From: an uncultured bacterium
GTDB taxonomy: Bacteria > Krumholzibacteriota > Krumholzibacteriia > Krumholzibacteriales > Krumholzibacteriaceae
Direction of reading: 5' to 3'
NCBI GenBank assembly: GCA_963786935.1
Contig: CAWBAN010000003.1
Location: 288,001 to 352,000, forward strand
DNA length: 64,000 nucleotides
The notes under the pieces were generated by a model. It was not told where the DNA came from and searched no databases. It was given only the letters and a program-made list of their open reading frames with translations. Positions 38,993 through 47,148 of the stretch are shown here, piece by piece. Made by a program: the position numbers and the translations under genes. The stretch's first letter is position 1; each line of letters begins with the position of its first letter.

Positions 38993-40021
38993 ATGTTCGG
39001 GAATCTCGGGACCGTGAGGAATCTCCCCGCCACGCTGTCGGTGTGTCTCGCCGCGATCTGCGCCTCGGCGCTTCTCGCGCCCGGCGCGCAGGGGCTCGCG
39101 CCGTCGGGCGAGCGGCCGGTTCATACCTATTCGATCGTGGCCCGCGATTCGGTGACGGGGGATATGGGGGTCGCGGTCCAGTCCCACTGGTTTTCCGTCG
39201 GGCCGGTCGTGCCGTGGGCGCGCTCCGGCGTCGGCGCCGTGGCGACGCAGAGCCTCGTGCTCAAGTCGTACGGGCCGCTCGGCCTCGACCTCATGGACGA
39301 GGGGATGAGCGCGCGTGAGGCGCTCGAGAAGCTCGTCGAGGAGGACGCACATTCGGCCGTGCGGCAGGTGGCGATGGTGGACGGCGAGGGGAACGTCGCG
39401 GCGCACACGGGGGATTCGTGTATCGCGCACGCGTCGCACCGCACGGGGAAGGGCTATTCGGTCCAGGCGAACATGATGCTCACCGACACGGTCGTGCCCG
39501 CCATGGCGGCGGCGTACGAGACGGCGCAGGGGGATCTCGCCGATCGGCTGCTCGCGGCCCTCGAAGCGGCGCAGCGGGCCGGCGGCGACATCAGGGGAAG
39601 CCAGTCCGCGGCGATTCTCATCGTGCGGGGGGCGGCGAGCGACGAGCCGTGGAACGACGTCATCATGGATCTCCGCGTCGAGGACGCGCCGCGGCCCCTC
39701 GAGGAGCTCGCGCGCCTCGTCAAGCTGCAGCGCGCGTACGACTACGAGAACCTCGGCGACGAGGCGATGGCCGAGGGGAACCTGAATGATGCGATGGAGG
39801 CGTACGGGGAGGCGGCGAAGCTCGCGCCCGACAACCTCGAGCTCGCCTTCTGGCAGGGCGTTTCTCTCATCAACGTCGGCCGCGACGACGAGGGCGTCAA
39901 GATCATCAAGGCGGTCGTCGAGCGGGACGCGAACTGGAAGGAGCTGCTGCGGAGGCTCCCGGCCGCGGGGCTCCTCTCGGTGGACGCGGAGCGGCTCGAA
40001 AAGATCCTTTTAGCTCTGTAA
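38993..40021 (+). CDS. DUF1028 (Ntn-hydrolase-like) protein with C-terminal TPR
   Basis: SD AAGGAGG; HTYSIVARD, GVAVQSHWFSVG, GVGAVATQ, AGGDIRG.QSAA, DLRVED. Confidence 0.88.
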   Translation: MFGNLGTVRNLPATLSVCLAAICASALLAPGAQGLAPSGERPVHTYSIVARDSVTGDMGVAVQSHWFSVGPVVPWARSGVGAVATQSLVLKSYGPLGLDLMDEGMSAREALEKLVEEDAHSAVRQVAMVDGEGNVAAHTGDSCIAHASHRTGKGYSVQANMMLTDTVVPAMAAAYETAQGDLADRLLAALEAAQRAGGDIRGSQSAAILIVRGAASDEPWNDVIMDLRVEDAPRPLEELARLVKLQRAYDYENLGDEAMAEGNLNDAMEAYGEAAKLAPDNLELAFWQGVSLINVGRDDEGVKIIKAVVERDANWKELLRRLPAAGLLSVDAERLEKILLAL

Positions 40022-40095
40022 AAGTCGCCCAATTTGCCGTATAATATAGGCAGATTGAATCACCATCCATTATCGACGGCGCGGGAGGTCCCGGC

Positions 40096-40740
40096 ATGCG
40101 TGTAGTTATAGCGCTTTGCGCTGCGCTGATGATCGCATCCGCGGCGGGCGCGGACGATTGCGATTACAACTCGGCGGGTTTGAGCTGCGCGAGCATGAAG
40201 ATCACGATTTGCCCGCGCGGCGATTTCGAGCAGATACGAAACGGCTGCGGCGGCTCGAACGACTACATCTGGATCGAGGCGCGGGACTGCGCCCAACAGC
40301 CGATTCCCGGCATCCCCTGGACCGATTACTGGATCGGGGCGTGTACCCCGGCGCAGGCGCTCTTTTACTGCGTGGAGCCGATCGCAGCCGATTCGCTGAC
40401 CGGCGTGGACGGCCGGACGACCTTCTCCGGCGTCATCAGGGCGGGAGGGTGCGTTCTAACAGGGGGCGTTTGGATCGCGATTCAGGGCAAGGTTATCAGG
40501 AACCCCCCCTGGGCCACTCTGTGCCTCGGCATCATCATCAAGGGTCCCGACCTCACTGGCTCGGGAGGGGCGCCGGACGGTTTCGTCAACCTGTCCGATC
40601 TCGTCCCCTTTGGCACGAGCTACAACAAGAACCTGGGTCATGGCGGCTACAACGCCTGCTGCGATTTCAACGACGACGATAAATGCAACTTGAGCGACTT
40701 CGCCTTTTTCGGCCAGCACTATCAGCACTCGTGCATGTGA
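40096..40740 (+). CDS. Secreted Cys-rich Ig-like protein with C-terminal dockerin/EF-hand-like duplicated motif, paralog 1
   Basis: Signal peptide; PDLTG...DGFVNLSD...CCDFNDDDKCNLSDF. Confidence 0.8.
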   Translation: MRVVIALCAALMIASAAGADDCDYNSAGLSCASMKITICPRGDFEQIRNGCGGSNDYIWIEARDCAQQPIPGIPWTDYWIGACTPAQALFYCVEPIAADSLTGVDGRTTFSGVIRAGGCVLTGGVWIAIQGKVIRNPPWATLCLGIIIKGPDLTGSGGAPDGFVNLSDLVPFGTSYNKNLGHGGYNACCDFNDDDKCNLSDFAFFGQHYQHSCM

Positions 40741-40809
40741 CGTGACGCCGGCGGCCGGCGCCGGGAAGCCCCTGTGAAATCGGGAACGCCCCTGGGGAAG
40801 GAAGACACC

Positions 40810-41472
40810 GTGTTCATACGAGTCATGCTCATGGTGATGGCGGCGATATCCATGATCGCGCCCGCTTCGCAGGCAGGCGATGGCTTCCAATGCTTGTACT
40901 GCTCGACGGGATTGAGCTGTCCGGGAATGAAAATCACCGTCTGCCCTCAGGGCGATTTCGAGCCGATCCGGAAAGGCTGCGGCGGCACGGGCGACTACAT
41001 CTGGGTCGAAATCCGCGACGACTACCCGAACCGCCCGATTCCCGGCATTCCGTGGACCGACTTTTGGTTCGATTCGTGTGATGCTTGGCAGAATGTCTAT
41101 ATGTGCACGGGGATGATCGTTGCCGACTCTCTGACGGGCGCGAACGGTCGAACCACGTTCTCGGGTCTCTTCGAGGCAGGAGGATGCACCCTCAGCGGGG
41201 GGATAGCGATACGCTATCTTGGCGTGCCGATCCCGGGCGGCTGGGCGGACACGTGCCTACCTATCGTTATCAAGAGTCCTGACATGACCGGCGCTGGAGG
41301 CTATCCCGACGGCATCGTCAATCTTTCCGATCTTGTGCCGTTCGGCTTCGGTTACAATAAAAACCTGGGTCAGGCCGGTTACAGAGCCTGCTGCGATTAC
41401 AACGACGACGACAAGTGCAACCTGAGCGACTTCGCGTTCTTCGGGACGCACTATCAGCACCGGTGCATGTGA
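40810..41472 (+). CDS. Secreted Cys-rich dockerin-like protein, paralog 2
   Basis: Colinear with paralogs 1 and 3; start uncertain (GTG 40810). Confidence 0.8.
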   Translation: MFIRVMLMVMAAISMIAPASQAGDGFQCLYCSTGLSCPGMKITVCPQGDFEPIRKGCGGTGDYIWVEIRDDYPNRPIPGIPWTDFWFDSCDAWQNVYMCTGMIVADSLTGANGRTTFSGLFEAGGCTLSGGIAIRYLGVPIPGGWADTCLPIVIKSPDMTGAGGYPDGIVNLSDLVPFGFGYNKNLGQAGYRACCDYNDDDKCNLSDFAFFGTHYQHRCM

Positions 41473-41535
41473 CGCGGCGCCGACGGGCCACTGAAAACGC
41501 CCATGAGAAGCCCCTGGGAAGGGAACACGGTTCTT

Positions 41536-42192
41536 ATGTGTAGGGTTTTCTTTGCAGTTGCCGCGGTGCTCGTGTTTGTCTCCCCCGCGCGCGCCTGCGA
41601 TGCGGATGATTGCGGCAGCTTGGTAGGCCTGAGCTGCCCGGGCATGAAAATCACCGCATGTCCGGGAGGCGATTTTGAAATGCTCAAAAGAGGGTGCGGC
41701 GGAACCGACGACTATATTTGGGTCGAAATTCACGGATGCGGCGGAACGATTCCCGGCATTCCGCCAACCGACTACTGGATCAACGCGTGCGACCCAGCCC
41801 GGCAGCTTTCTCTCTGCGCCGCACCGATTATGGCCGATTCGCTCACCGGCATGAACGGCCGAACAACGCTCTCGGGTGTCCTGAACGCGGGCGGGTGCGC
41901 TCTCAGCGGTGGGATCTGGATAGCGGTTCAGGGCAAGATAATCAAGGATTATCGCGATTGCACGCATAATGTATGTCTTCCCATCGTCGTCAAGAGCCCC
42001 GACACCACGGGGCCGGGAGGGCATCCCGACGGCATCGTCAATCTTTCCGATCTTGTGCCGTTCGGCTTCAGTTATAATAAGAACCTCGGGCGTGCCGGCT
42101 TCAACGCCTGCTGCGACTACAACGACGACGACAAATGCAACCTGAGCGATTTCGCGTTTTTCAGCGCGCACTATCAGCACCGGTGCATGTGA
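41536..42192 (+). CDS. Secreted Cys-rich dockerin-like protein, paralog 3
   Basis: Colinear with paralogs 1 and 2; ends HYQHRCM. Confidence 0.8.
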   Translation: MCRVFFAVAAVLVFVSPARACDADDCGSLVGLSCPGMKITACPGGDFEMLKRGCGGTDDYIWVEIHGCGGTIPGIPPTDYWINACDPARQLSLCAAPIMADSLTGMNGRTTLSGVLNAGGCALSGGIWIAVQGKIIKDYRDCTHNVCLPIVVKSPDTTGPGGHPDGIVNLSDLVPFGFSYNKNLGRAGFNACCDYNDDDKCNLSDFAFFSAHYQHRCM

Positions 42193-42229
42193 CCTCGGGA
42201 TTTTTTAAACGAAAGCCGCGCTCGACTGT

Positions 42230-42871
42230 ATGGATGAAATGAAAGAGGCACTGGCGCCGGACGATTCGGAGCTGGCGCGAAGGGGTCACGCGGGAGATCG
42301 AGCGGCGCTCGAGGAGCTCTTCGGGCGCTACGAAAAGGGACTGTACGGCTTCGTGAGCCGTTTCGCCGGGGGCGCTGCGGACCCGGACGACCTTTATCAA
42401 GAGGTGGTGCTCAGAGCGATCGAGAATCTCGATCGGTTCAATCCCAAGCTGAGCTTCAGCACGTGGCTTTTCACCCTCGCGGCGAACTACTGCAAGAATA
42501 TTCTCCGCTCGAAAGAGCAGCGAGGTAAGTTTCATATGCCCTCGATACGGCGAATCGGCGACGATTCGGAAGTCGATGTCATGGAGAGCGCGTCCGACGG
42601 CGCTCCGGGACCCGATCGAGCGGCCGAGAGCGCCCAGTTCATCGCCGCGCTCGAGCGCGAGCTCAAGAATCTCCCGCCCCTGCAGCGGGAGGTTTTCGTT
42701 TTGCGGGAGTTCAACGGCATTTCATTCAGGGAAATCTCGGCGATACTCAAGATACCCGAGGCGACCGCCCGCTCGCGGATGTTCCTCGCCGTCGAGCATC
42801 TCCGCGTGCGGCTGCGGGCGTTTTCGGCGGACGCCGGCGGTTCCGCCGCGCGCGCGTCCGGGAACCGATAG
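42230..42871 (+). CDS. ECF RNA polymerase sigma factor
   Basis: DDLYQEV, FSTWLFTLAANYC, LPPLQREVFVLREFNGISFREISAILKIPEATARSRMF. Confidence 0.92.
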   Translation: MDEMKEALAPDDSELARRGHAGDRAALEELFGRYEKGLYGFVSRFAGGAADPDDLYQEVVLRAIENLDRFNPKLSFSTWLFTLAANYCKNILRSKEQRGKFHMPSIRRIGDDSEVDVMESASDGAPGPDRAAESAQFIAALERELKNLPPLQREVFVLREFNGISFREISAILKIPEATARSRMFLAVEHLRVRLRAFSADAGGSAARASGNR

Positions 42872-42888
42872 CGAAAGGGCTGGATTCG

Positions 42889-44094
42889 ATGTCCAAGGAA
42901 CGGTTCGGTGAAAAAGGCGCTCGCGCCGCGAGGGAGCGGTGCTCCGATCCCGAGTGCATCGCGGTCCGCGAGGAGATCATGATGACGGTGTTCGCGGACG
43001 GCGCCGCCGTCGAGTCCGTTTCCGTGCACCTCGAGAAATGCGAGTCGTGCCGCGCGTGGGAGGCCGAGGTCAGGAGCATGCACCGGGGCTGCCGCGAATC
43101 CGCCGCGCAGCGGGACGTCTCCCGGTTGACGTCGGCCGCCGTGGACGGCCGCGCCGCCGGATCGCGGATTCCCGCCGGCCGCGCCCCGCGGCCGGGAGCG
43201 GCGCGCGCCTCGGACCGCGGAACGCTGTTCGTCGTCACGCTGGCCGTCATCCTTTTCAATCTCATGCTCGCGCTCAGGCTCGAGGGGAGCTCGCGTGTCC
43301 TCTACCCGGCGGTCGGCTTCATCGCCATGATGGCGGCCGCGGCATGGGTCTACGTCGACGCGACGCGCCGGGGGATGGCCGCCGCGTTCTGGACGGCGCT
43401 CCAGCCCTTCACCGTCCCCGTCGGGTTGGTCGCGTATCTCGTGTGCCGGGAGCGCGCGTCGACGCGCTGCACCTCGTGCGGGCGGACCGTTCCGTCGAGC
43501 GATCGCTTCTGTCCCGAATGCGGAAAGGGGCTCGCCGCGTGCTGCTGCGGGTGCGGGAGGATCGTGCGCCGGGAGTTCCGCGTCTGCCCGTTCTGCGGCA
43601 CGCGCCTCGAGGAGTGCTTCCCGCGCGAGGATCCGGCGGGAAGGACGTGCGGCTGGTCGCGCGCCCAGATCGCGTTCCTTGCGGCGGCGAACGCCGTTTT
43701 GCTCGCGGGATACATCGCCGCCGTCGTGCGGGGGGACGCGGGAACGTCTCTCACGGTCTCGCTGCTCTACCTGCTCGGATATTTCCCCGTTTTCAACTGG
43801 GTTGCGATCGATTCGCGGCGCCGCGCCATGCCGACGATTCTCTGGGGGTTGCTGGCACTCGTCACGCTCTATGCGGGGCTCGTTATCTATCTCGCCTGCC
43901 GGAAGGACGAGCGGGTCGAATGCTCCGTCTGCGGCTCCCATCCTCCCGTGAGCTTCAACTTCTGTCCCTGCTGCGGCTCGTCGCTCGGGACGGCGTGCCC
44001 TGCTTGCGGCGCGGCCGCCCGCGAGGGGCGCTTCTGCTCGTCGTGCGGGACGGAGATGCTCAGCGCAGCCGCTTCCCCACGGTCGCCGGAATGA
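42889..44094 (+). CDS. Putative anti-sigma factor: ZAS (HxxxCxxC) + duplicated [TM bundle + double zinc ribbon]
   Basis: HLEKCESC; two WVxxDxxRRxM...YLxCR units, each followed by four CxxC pairs; directly downstream of the ECF sigma. Confidence 0.7.
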   Translation: MSKERFGEKGARAARERCSDPECIAVREEIMMTVFADGAAVESVSVHLEKCESCRAWEAEVRSMHRGCRESAAQRDVSRLTSAAVDGRAAGSRIPAGRAPRPGAARASDRGTLFVVTLAVILFNLMLALRLEGSSRVLYPAVGFIAMMAAAAWVYVDATRRGMAAAFWTALQPFTVPVGLVAYLVCRERASTRCTSCGRTVPSSDRFCPECGKGLAACCCGCGRIVRREFRVCPFCGTRLEECFPREDPAGRTCGWSRAQIAFLAAANAVLLAGYIAAVVRGDAGTSLTVSLLYLLGYFPVFNWVAIDSRRRAMPTILWGLLALVTLYAGLVIYLACRKDERVECSVCGSHPPVSFNFCPCCGSSLGTACPACGAAAREGRFCSSCGTEMLSAAASPRSPE

Positions 44095-44476
44095 GCCTGC
44101 CGTACTTGACGCCCTTCATCGCGATCAGCTCGTCGGCGATGAGCCGCACGGCGCCCGGTTTTCCCCGTATGATCTTCGTCTCGAGGCACGTGTCGTGATC
44201 GAGGTGGAGATGGAGCGTCGTGACGATCTCGCCGTGATGCCCGTGCTCCTTGCTCAGCATCCGCGCGGACAGCTCCCGCATCCGGTGGTCGTAGACGATC
44301 ACGAGAACGCCGATGACCTCTTTCCGCGCGGAGCTCCATTCCTCCTCGACGAGGGCGCCCCGCACGAGATCGCGGATCGCCTCCGAGCGCGTCGAATACT
44401 TCTTGCGCCGGACGTGGAGATCGAGCTTCGCGAGGAGCTCGCCGTCCATCGAAACGCCGAACCGCGTCGTTTTCAT
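44060..44476 (-). CDS. nikR: Nickel-responsive regulator NikR
   Basis: RFGVSMD, RSEAIRDLVR, VYDH, HLHLDHDTCLE, GVKYGRL. Confidence 0.95.
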   Translation of the reverse strand: MKTTRFGVSMDGELLAKLDLHVRRKKYSTRSEAIRDLVRGALVEEEWSSARKEVIGVLVIVYDHRMRELSARMLSKEHGHHGEIVTTLHLHLDHDTCLETKIIRGKPGAVRLIADELIAMKGVKYGRLIPATVGKRLR

Positions 44477-46041
44477 GAGTGCTTATCCTCCGTGTAATGC
44501 GAGTGCCTGAACTCCGCCGGCGTCTCCCGGTGCGCGTGCCGGTGCGCATGGGCGAGCCCGGCCCGCTCGAGGAGCGGCGCGTCGGCGAGGGCGCGCCCGA
44601 CGGGGCCGATGAAGAGGGGGCGTTTCTCGCCGCCGAGAACGACCGCCTCGTCTCCGATGTGGCGGGCGAGCATGAGATCCTGCGTGGCCACGACGAGCGT
44701 CTTTCCGCGCGCGGCGAGAGCGCTCAGAATGTCGATGAGGACTCCCTCCGCCGCGGGATCGAGGCTCGCCGTCGGCTCGTCGAGGAGGTACGCCTCGAGA
44801 TCGAGCGTGAGTATCGAGGCGAGCGCGACGCGCTTCTTCTCCCCGCCGCTCAGGTTGTACGGATAGCGGTCCGCGAGGGGGGCGATGCCGAGCTCGGCGA
44901 GCGCGGCGTCGACGCGCCTCGACACCTCCGCCTCGTCGAAGCCCATCTGGCGCGGACCGAAGGCGAGCTCCTCGCGGACGGTCGTCGAAAAGCACTGCAC
45001 GTCGGCGTCCTGAAAAACGAGCCCCGCCGTGCTCCTGAAGAACCTCCGGAACACAGGGTCCCCGAGCGCCTTCTCCGTCAGGGGCCGCCCGAACGCCGCC
45101 ACGGAACCGGCCTGTGGGAACAGGAGCCCGTCGAGCACCTTGAGGAGCGTCGATTTGCCCGAGCCGTTGCGGCCGAGGAGGATCGTGCAGCGCCCGCGCG
45201 GGATCTCGAGGCGGTCGATCGAAAGTCCCGGGATGTCTCCCGGGTACGTGAACCGCACGTTATCGATCTCGAACGCGGCCGTCGAGGGACGATCCCCGGC
45301 TCCGCCCGCGGCCCCGCCCGCCGGCCGGCCGCCTTCGTCATCCCATCCGCGCGACACCATCGCCATATGCACTCCTTCCGCGAGATGGAGCGATTTCAGA
45401 AACAGATACCCCGCGCTGCGCGAGACGAACGCCGTCTCCTGCCGGAGCGGGAGCGCGGCGACGACCCTGCTCTCGCGCGCCATGAGGAGCTCGGAGAGCG
45501 CGCGCAGCAGCAGGAGCAGGTACCGGTAGGAGAGGGACAGGAGCGAAACGACGACGCCGGGGAGCCGCAGGCTCCCGAGCGCCTCGAGCACGCGATGCCA
45601 AGGCGTCGTGAGCACGAGGAGAATGGGGAACGACACGGACGCCGAGACGCGCAGCATGAGCATGAGCGCCGCGCGCGCTCCCTCCCTCGTGATAACGAGC
45701 GGCCCGAGCGAAGCGACCGGGGAACCCGGCGTAATGAAAAGCGCCGGGACGGCGACGACCGCCGTGAAGAGCGGCACGAAGATCCAGATCCGCTTCGTGA
45801 ACGCGCCCACGCCGATTTTCGAAAGAGCCGCGAGCGTCGTCGCGAGGGCGTACAGGCAGACGAGGACAACGGCGCTGTGCGTGAGGGAGCAGAGGAGCAC
45901 GAGCGCGGCGAACACGACGATCTTGAGCCGCGGATCGATCGCCTGCAGAAAGCCCCGCGCGCGGCACGACGCTTCGCTCGCGACCGTCCGCTCGATCGCG
46001 CCGGCCACCGCCGAGACGTTTCGTTCAAGAAATCCCGCCAT
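44473..46041 (-). CDS. Fused ECF T-component (NikQ/CbiQ) + ATPase (NikO/CbiO)
   Basis: IDPRLK, YRYL, ARESR, AMVSRG, then Gly/Ala linker, GRNGSGKS, VFQD, LSGGEKKR, LLDEPT; His-rich tail HAHRHAH. Confidence 0.88.
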   Translation of the reverse strand: MAGFLERNVSAVAGAIERTVASEASCRARGFLQAIDPRLKIVVFAALVLLCSLTHSAVVLVCLYALATTLAALSKIGVGAFTKRIWIFVPLFTAVVAVPALFITPGSPVASLGPLVITREGARAALMLMLRVSASVSFPILLVLTTPWHRVLEALGSLRLPGVVVSLLSLSYRYLLLLLRALSELLMARESRVVAALPLRQETAFVSRSAGYLFLKSLHLAEGVHMAMVSRGWDDEGGRPAGGAAGGAGDRPSTAAFEIDNVRFTYPGDIPGLSIDRLEIPRGRCTILLGRNGSGKSTLLKVLDGLLFPQAGSVAAFGRPLTEKALGDPVFRRFFRSTAGLVFQDADVQCFSTTVREELAFGPRQMGFDEAEVSRRVDAALAELGIAPLADRYPYNLSGGEKKRVALASILTLDLEAYLLDEPTASLDPAAEGVLIDILSALAARGKTLVVATQDLMLARHIGDEAVVLGGEKRPLFIGPVGRALADAPLLERAGLAHAHRHAHRETPAEFRHSHYTEDKHS

Positions 46042-46348
46042 GCCTCGCCATCCGCGCGACGCCCATAGCAAGGAGCGCCGTGGTCCCCGCTCCGAGTATC
46101 GCCGCGACGATCGTGCCGAGCCCTTCGCGGACGGGGCCCTCCTCCAGGCCGGGCACGGTGTAGTTCTTCAGCGGGCTCTCGACGCCGCCGTTCGCGCTCG
46201 AGCGCATTCCCTCGGGGACGAATCCCGAGCGCTCCTCGATGCCCGCGAGATCCCATTCACCCCATGCGCCCCCCGCGGCGATGATGCCGAGCGGCGCGAG
46301 AACGGCGAGCGCGAGGAGCACGATCCATCCGGCGCGGTATTTCTTCAC
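46025..46348 (-). CDS. NikN/PDGLE-type small ECF component
   Basis: GTG start overlapping the nikM stop; LAPLGIIA.GGAWGEW...PLKNYTVPG + TM. Confidence 0.8.
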   Translation of the reverse strand: MKKYRAGWIVLLALAVLAPLGIIAAGGAWGEWDLAGIEERSGFVPEGMRSSANGGVESPLKNYTVPGLEEGPVREGLGTIVAAILGAGTTALLAMGVARMARHGGIS

Positions 46349-47031
46349 GGCTTCGCCCGCCCTTCCTCGAAAAGCTCCCGGTGATATTTCCCGAGAAACG
46401 CCGTCACGCCTCCGGTGAGGATCGCCTCGGCGGCGCCGGCGACCGTGAGGTGCGGAATCGCCATCGCCGGAATCGTCACGGCGAGGGGGAAGGGAGCGTA
46501 GAGCGGCGCGCCGTCCGGCAGATGATGGAGGAGCGGCTGGATCCCGAGCTCGACCGCGACGAGGAGCGCGGCGACGTTGATCCCGACGTAGCCGCCGGCG
46601 GCCGCGGCGGCCGCGAAGCGCCGGTCGCCGGGGGCGGCGGGCCCCCGCAGGAGCCTGAAGACGAGCCAGCCAGCGAGCGGCATGGCGAAGCCGATGTTGA
46701 ACGCGTTCGCGCCGAGCGCGAGCAGCCCGCCGTCGCCGAAGAAGAGCGCCTGCACCGCGAGGGCGAGCGTCACCGCCATGAGCGCCGCCCACGGGCCGAC
46801 GAGCACCGCGATGAGGACGCCTCCCGCCGCGTGTCCGGTCGTTCCGCCGGGGAGCGGGATATTGAACATCATGACGAGAAACGAGAACGCCGAGAGGAGC
46901 GAGAGCAGCGCCACGCGGCGTTCCCGGAAGCCGCGGCGGACGGCGCGGAGCGAGAGCGCCCACAGCGGCGCCGCCAGAACGTAGAACGCGCCCGCGGTCT
47001 GCGGCGACAGGTAACCGTCGGGAATGTGCAT
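46345..47031 (-). CDS. cbiM: NikM/CbiM substrate-binding ECF component
   Basis: N-terminal MHIPDGYLSP, GGTTGH, QALFFGDGG, GANAFN. Confidence 0.93.
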   Translation of the reverse strand: MHIPDGYLSPQTAGAFYVLAAPLWALSLRAVRRGFRERRVALLSLLSAFSFLVMMFNIPLPGGTTGHAAGGVLIAVLVGPWAALMAVTLALAVQALFFGDGGLLALGANAFNIGFAMPLAGWLVFRLLRGPAAPGDRRFAAAAAAGGYVGINVAALLVAVELGIQPLLHHLPDGAPLYAPFPLAVTIPAMAIPHLTVAGAAEAILTGGVTAFLGKYHRELFEEGRAKP

Positions 47032-47050
47032 GGCGCCTCCTCCGGCAATC

Positions 47051-47078
47051 GTGTTATCAATTCAATAAATCGTAGCAC
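47051..47078. promoter_or_regulatory. NikR operator
   Basis: GTGTTA-N16-TAGCAC imperfect palindrome with A/T-rich spacer, between the promoter and the nikM SD. Confidence 0.8.
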
Positions 47079-47079
47079 A

Positions 47080-47108
47080 ATGATACCGGCGACGCGGCGG
47101 CGCGTCAA
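47080..47108 (-). promoter_or_regulatory. Sigma70 promoter of the nik operon
   Basis: TTGACG-17 nt-TATCAT on the minus strand, immediately followed by the operator. Confidence 0.75.
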
Positions 47109-47148
47109 ACGTTTTCTCCCGGGCGCATCCGTGCTATACTGCGCCCCC

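Noticed and set aside
40096..42192. Triplet as a diversity-generating retroelement or CRISPR-like array
   Set aside because: No reverse transcriptase or cas gene; differences are not adenine-specific; all three copies are intact ORFs.
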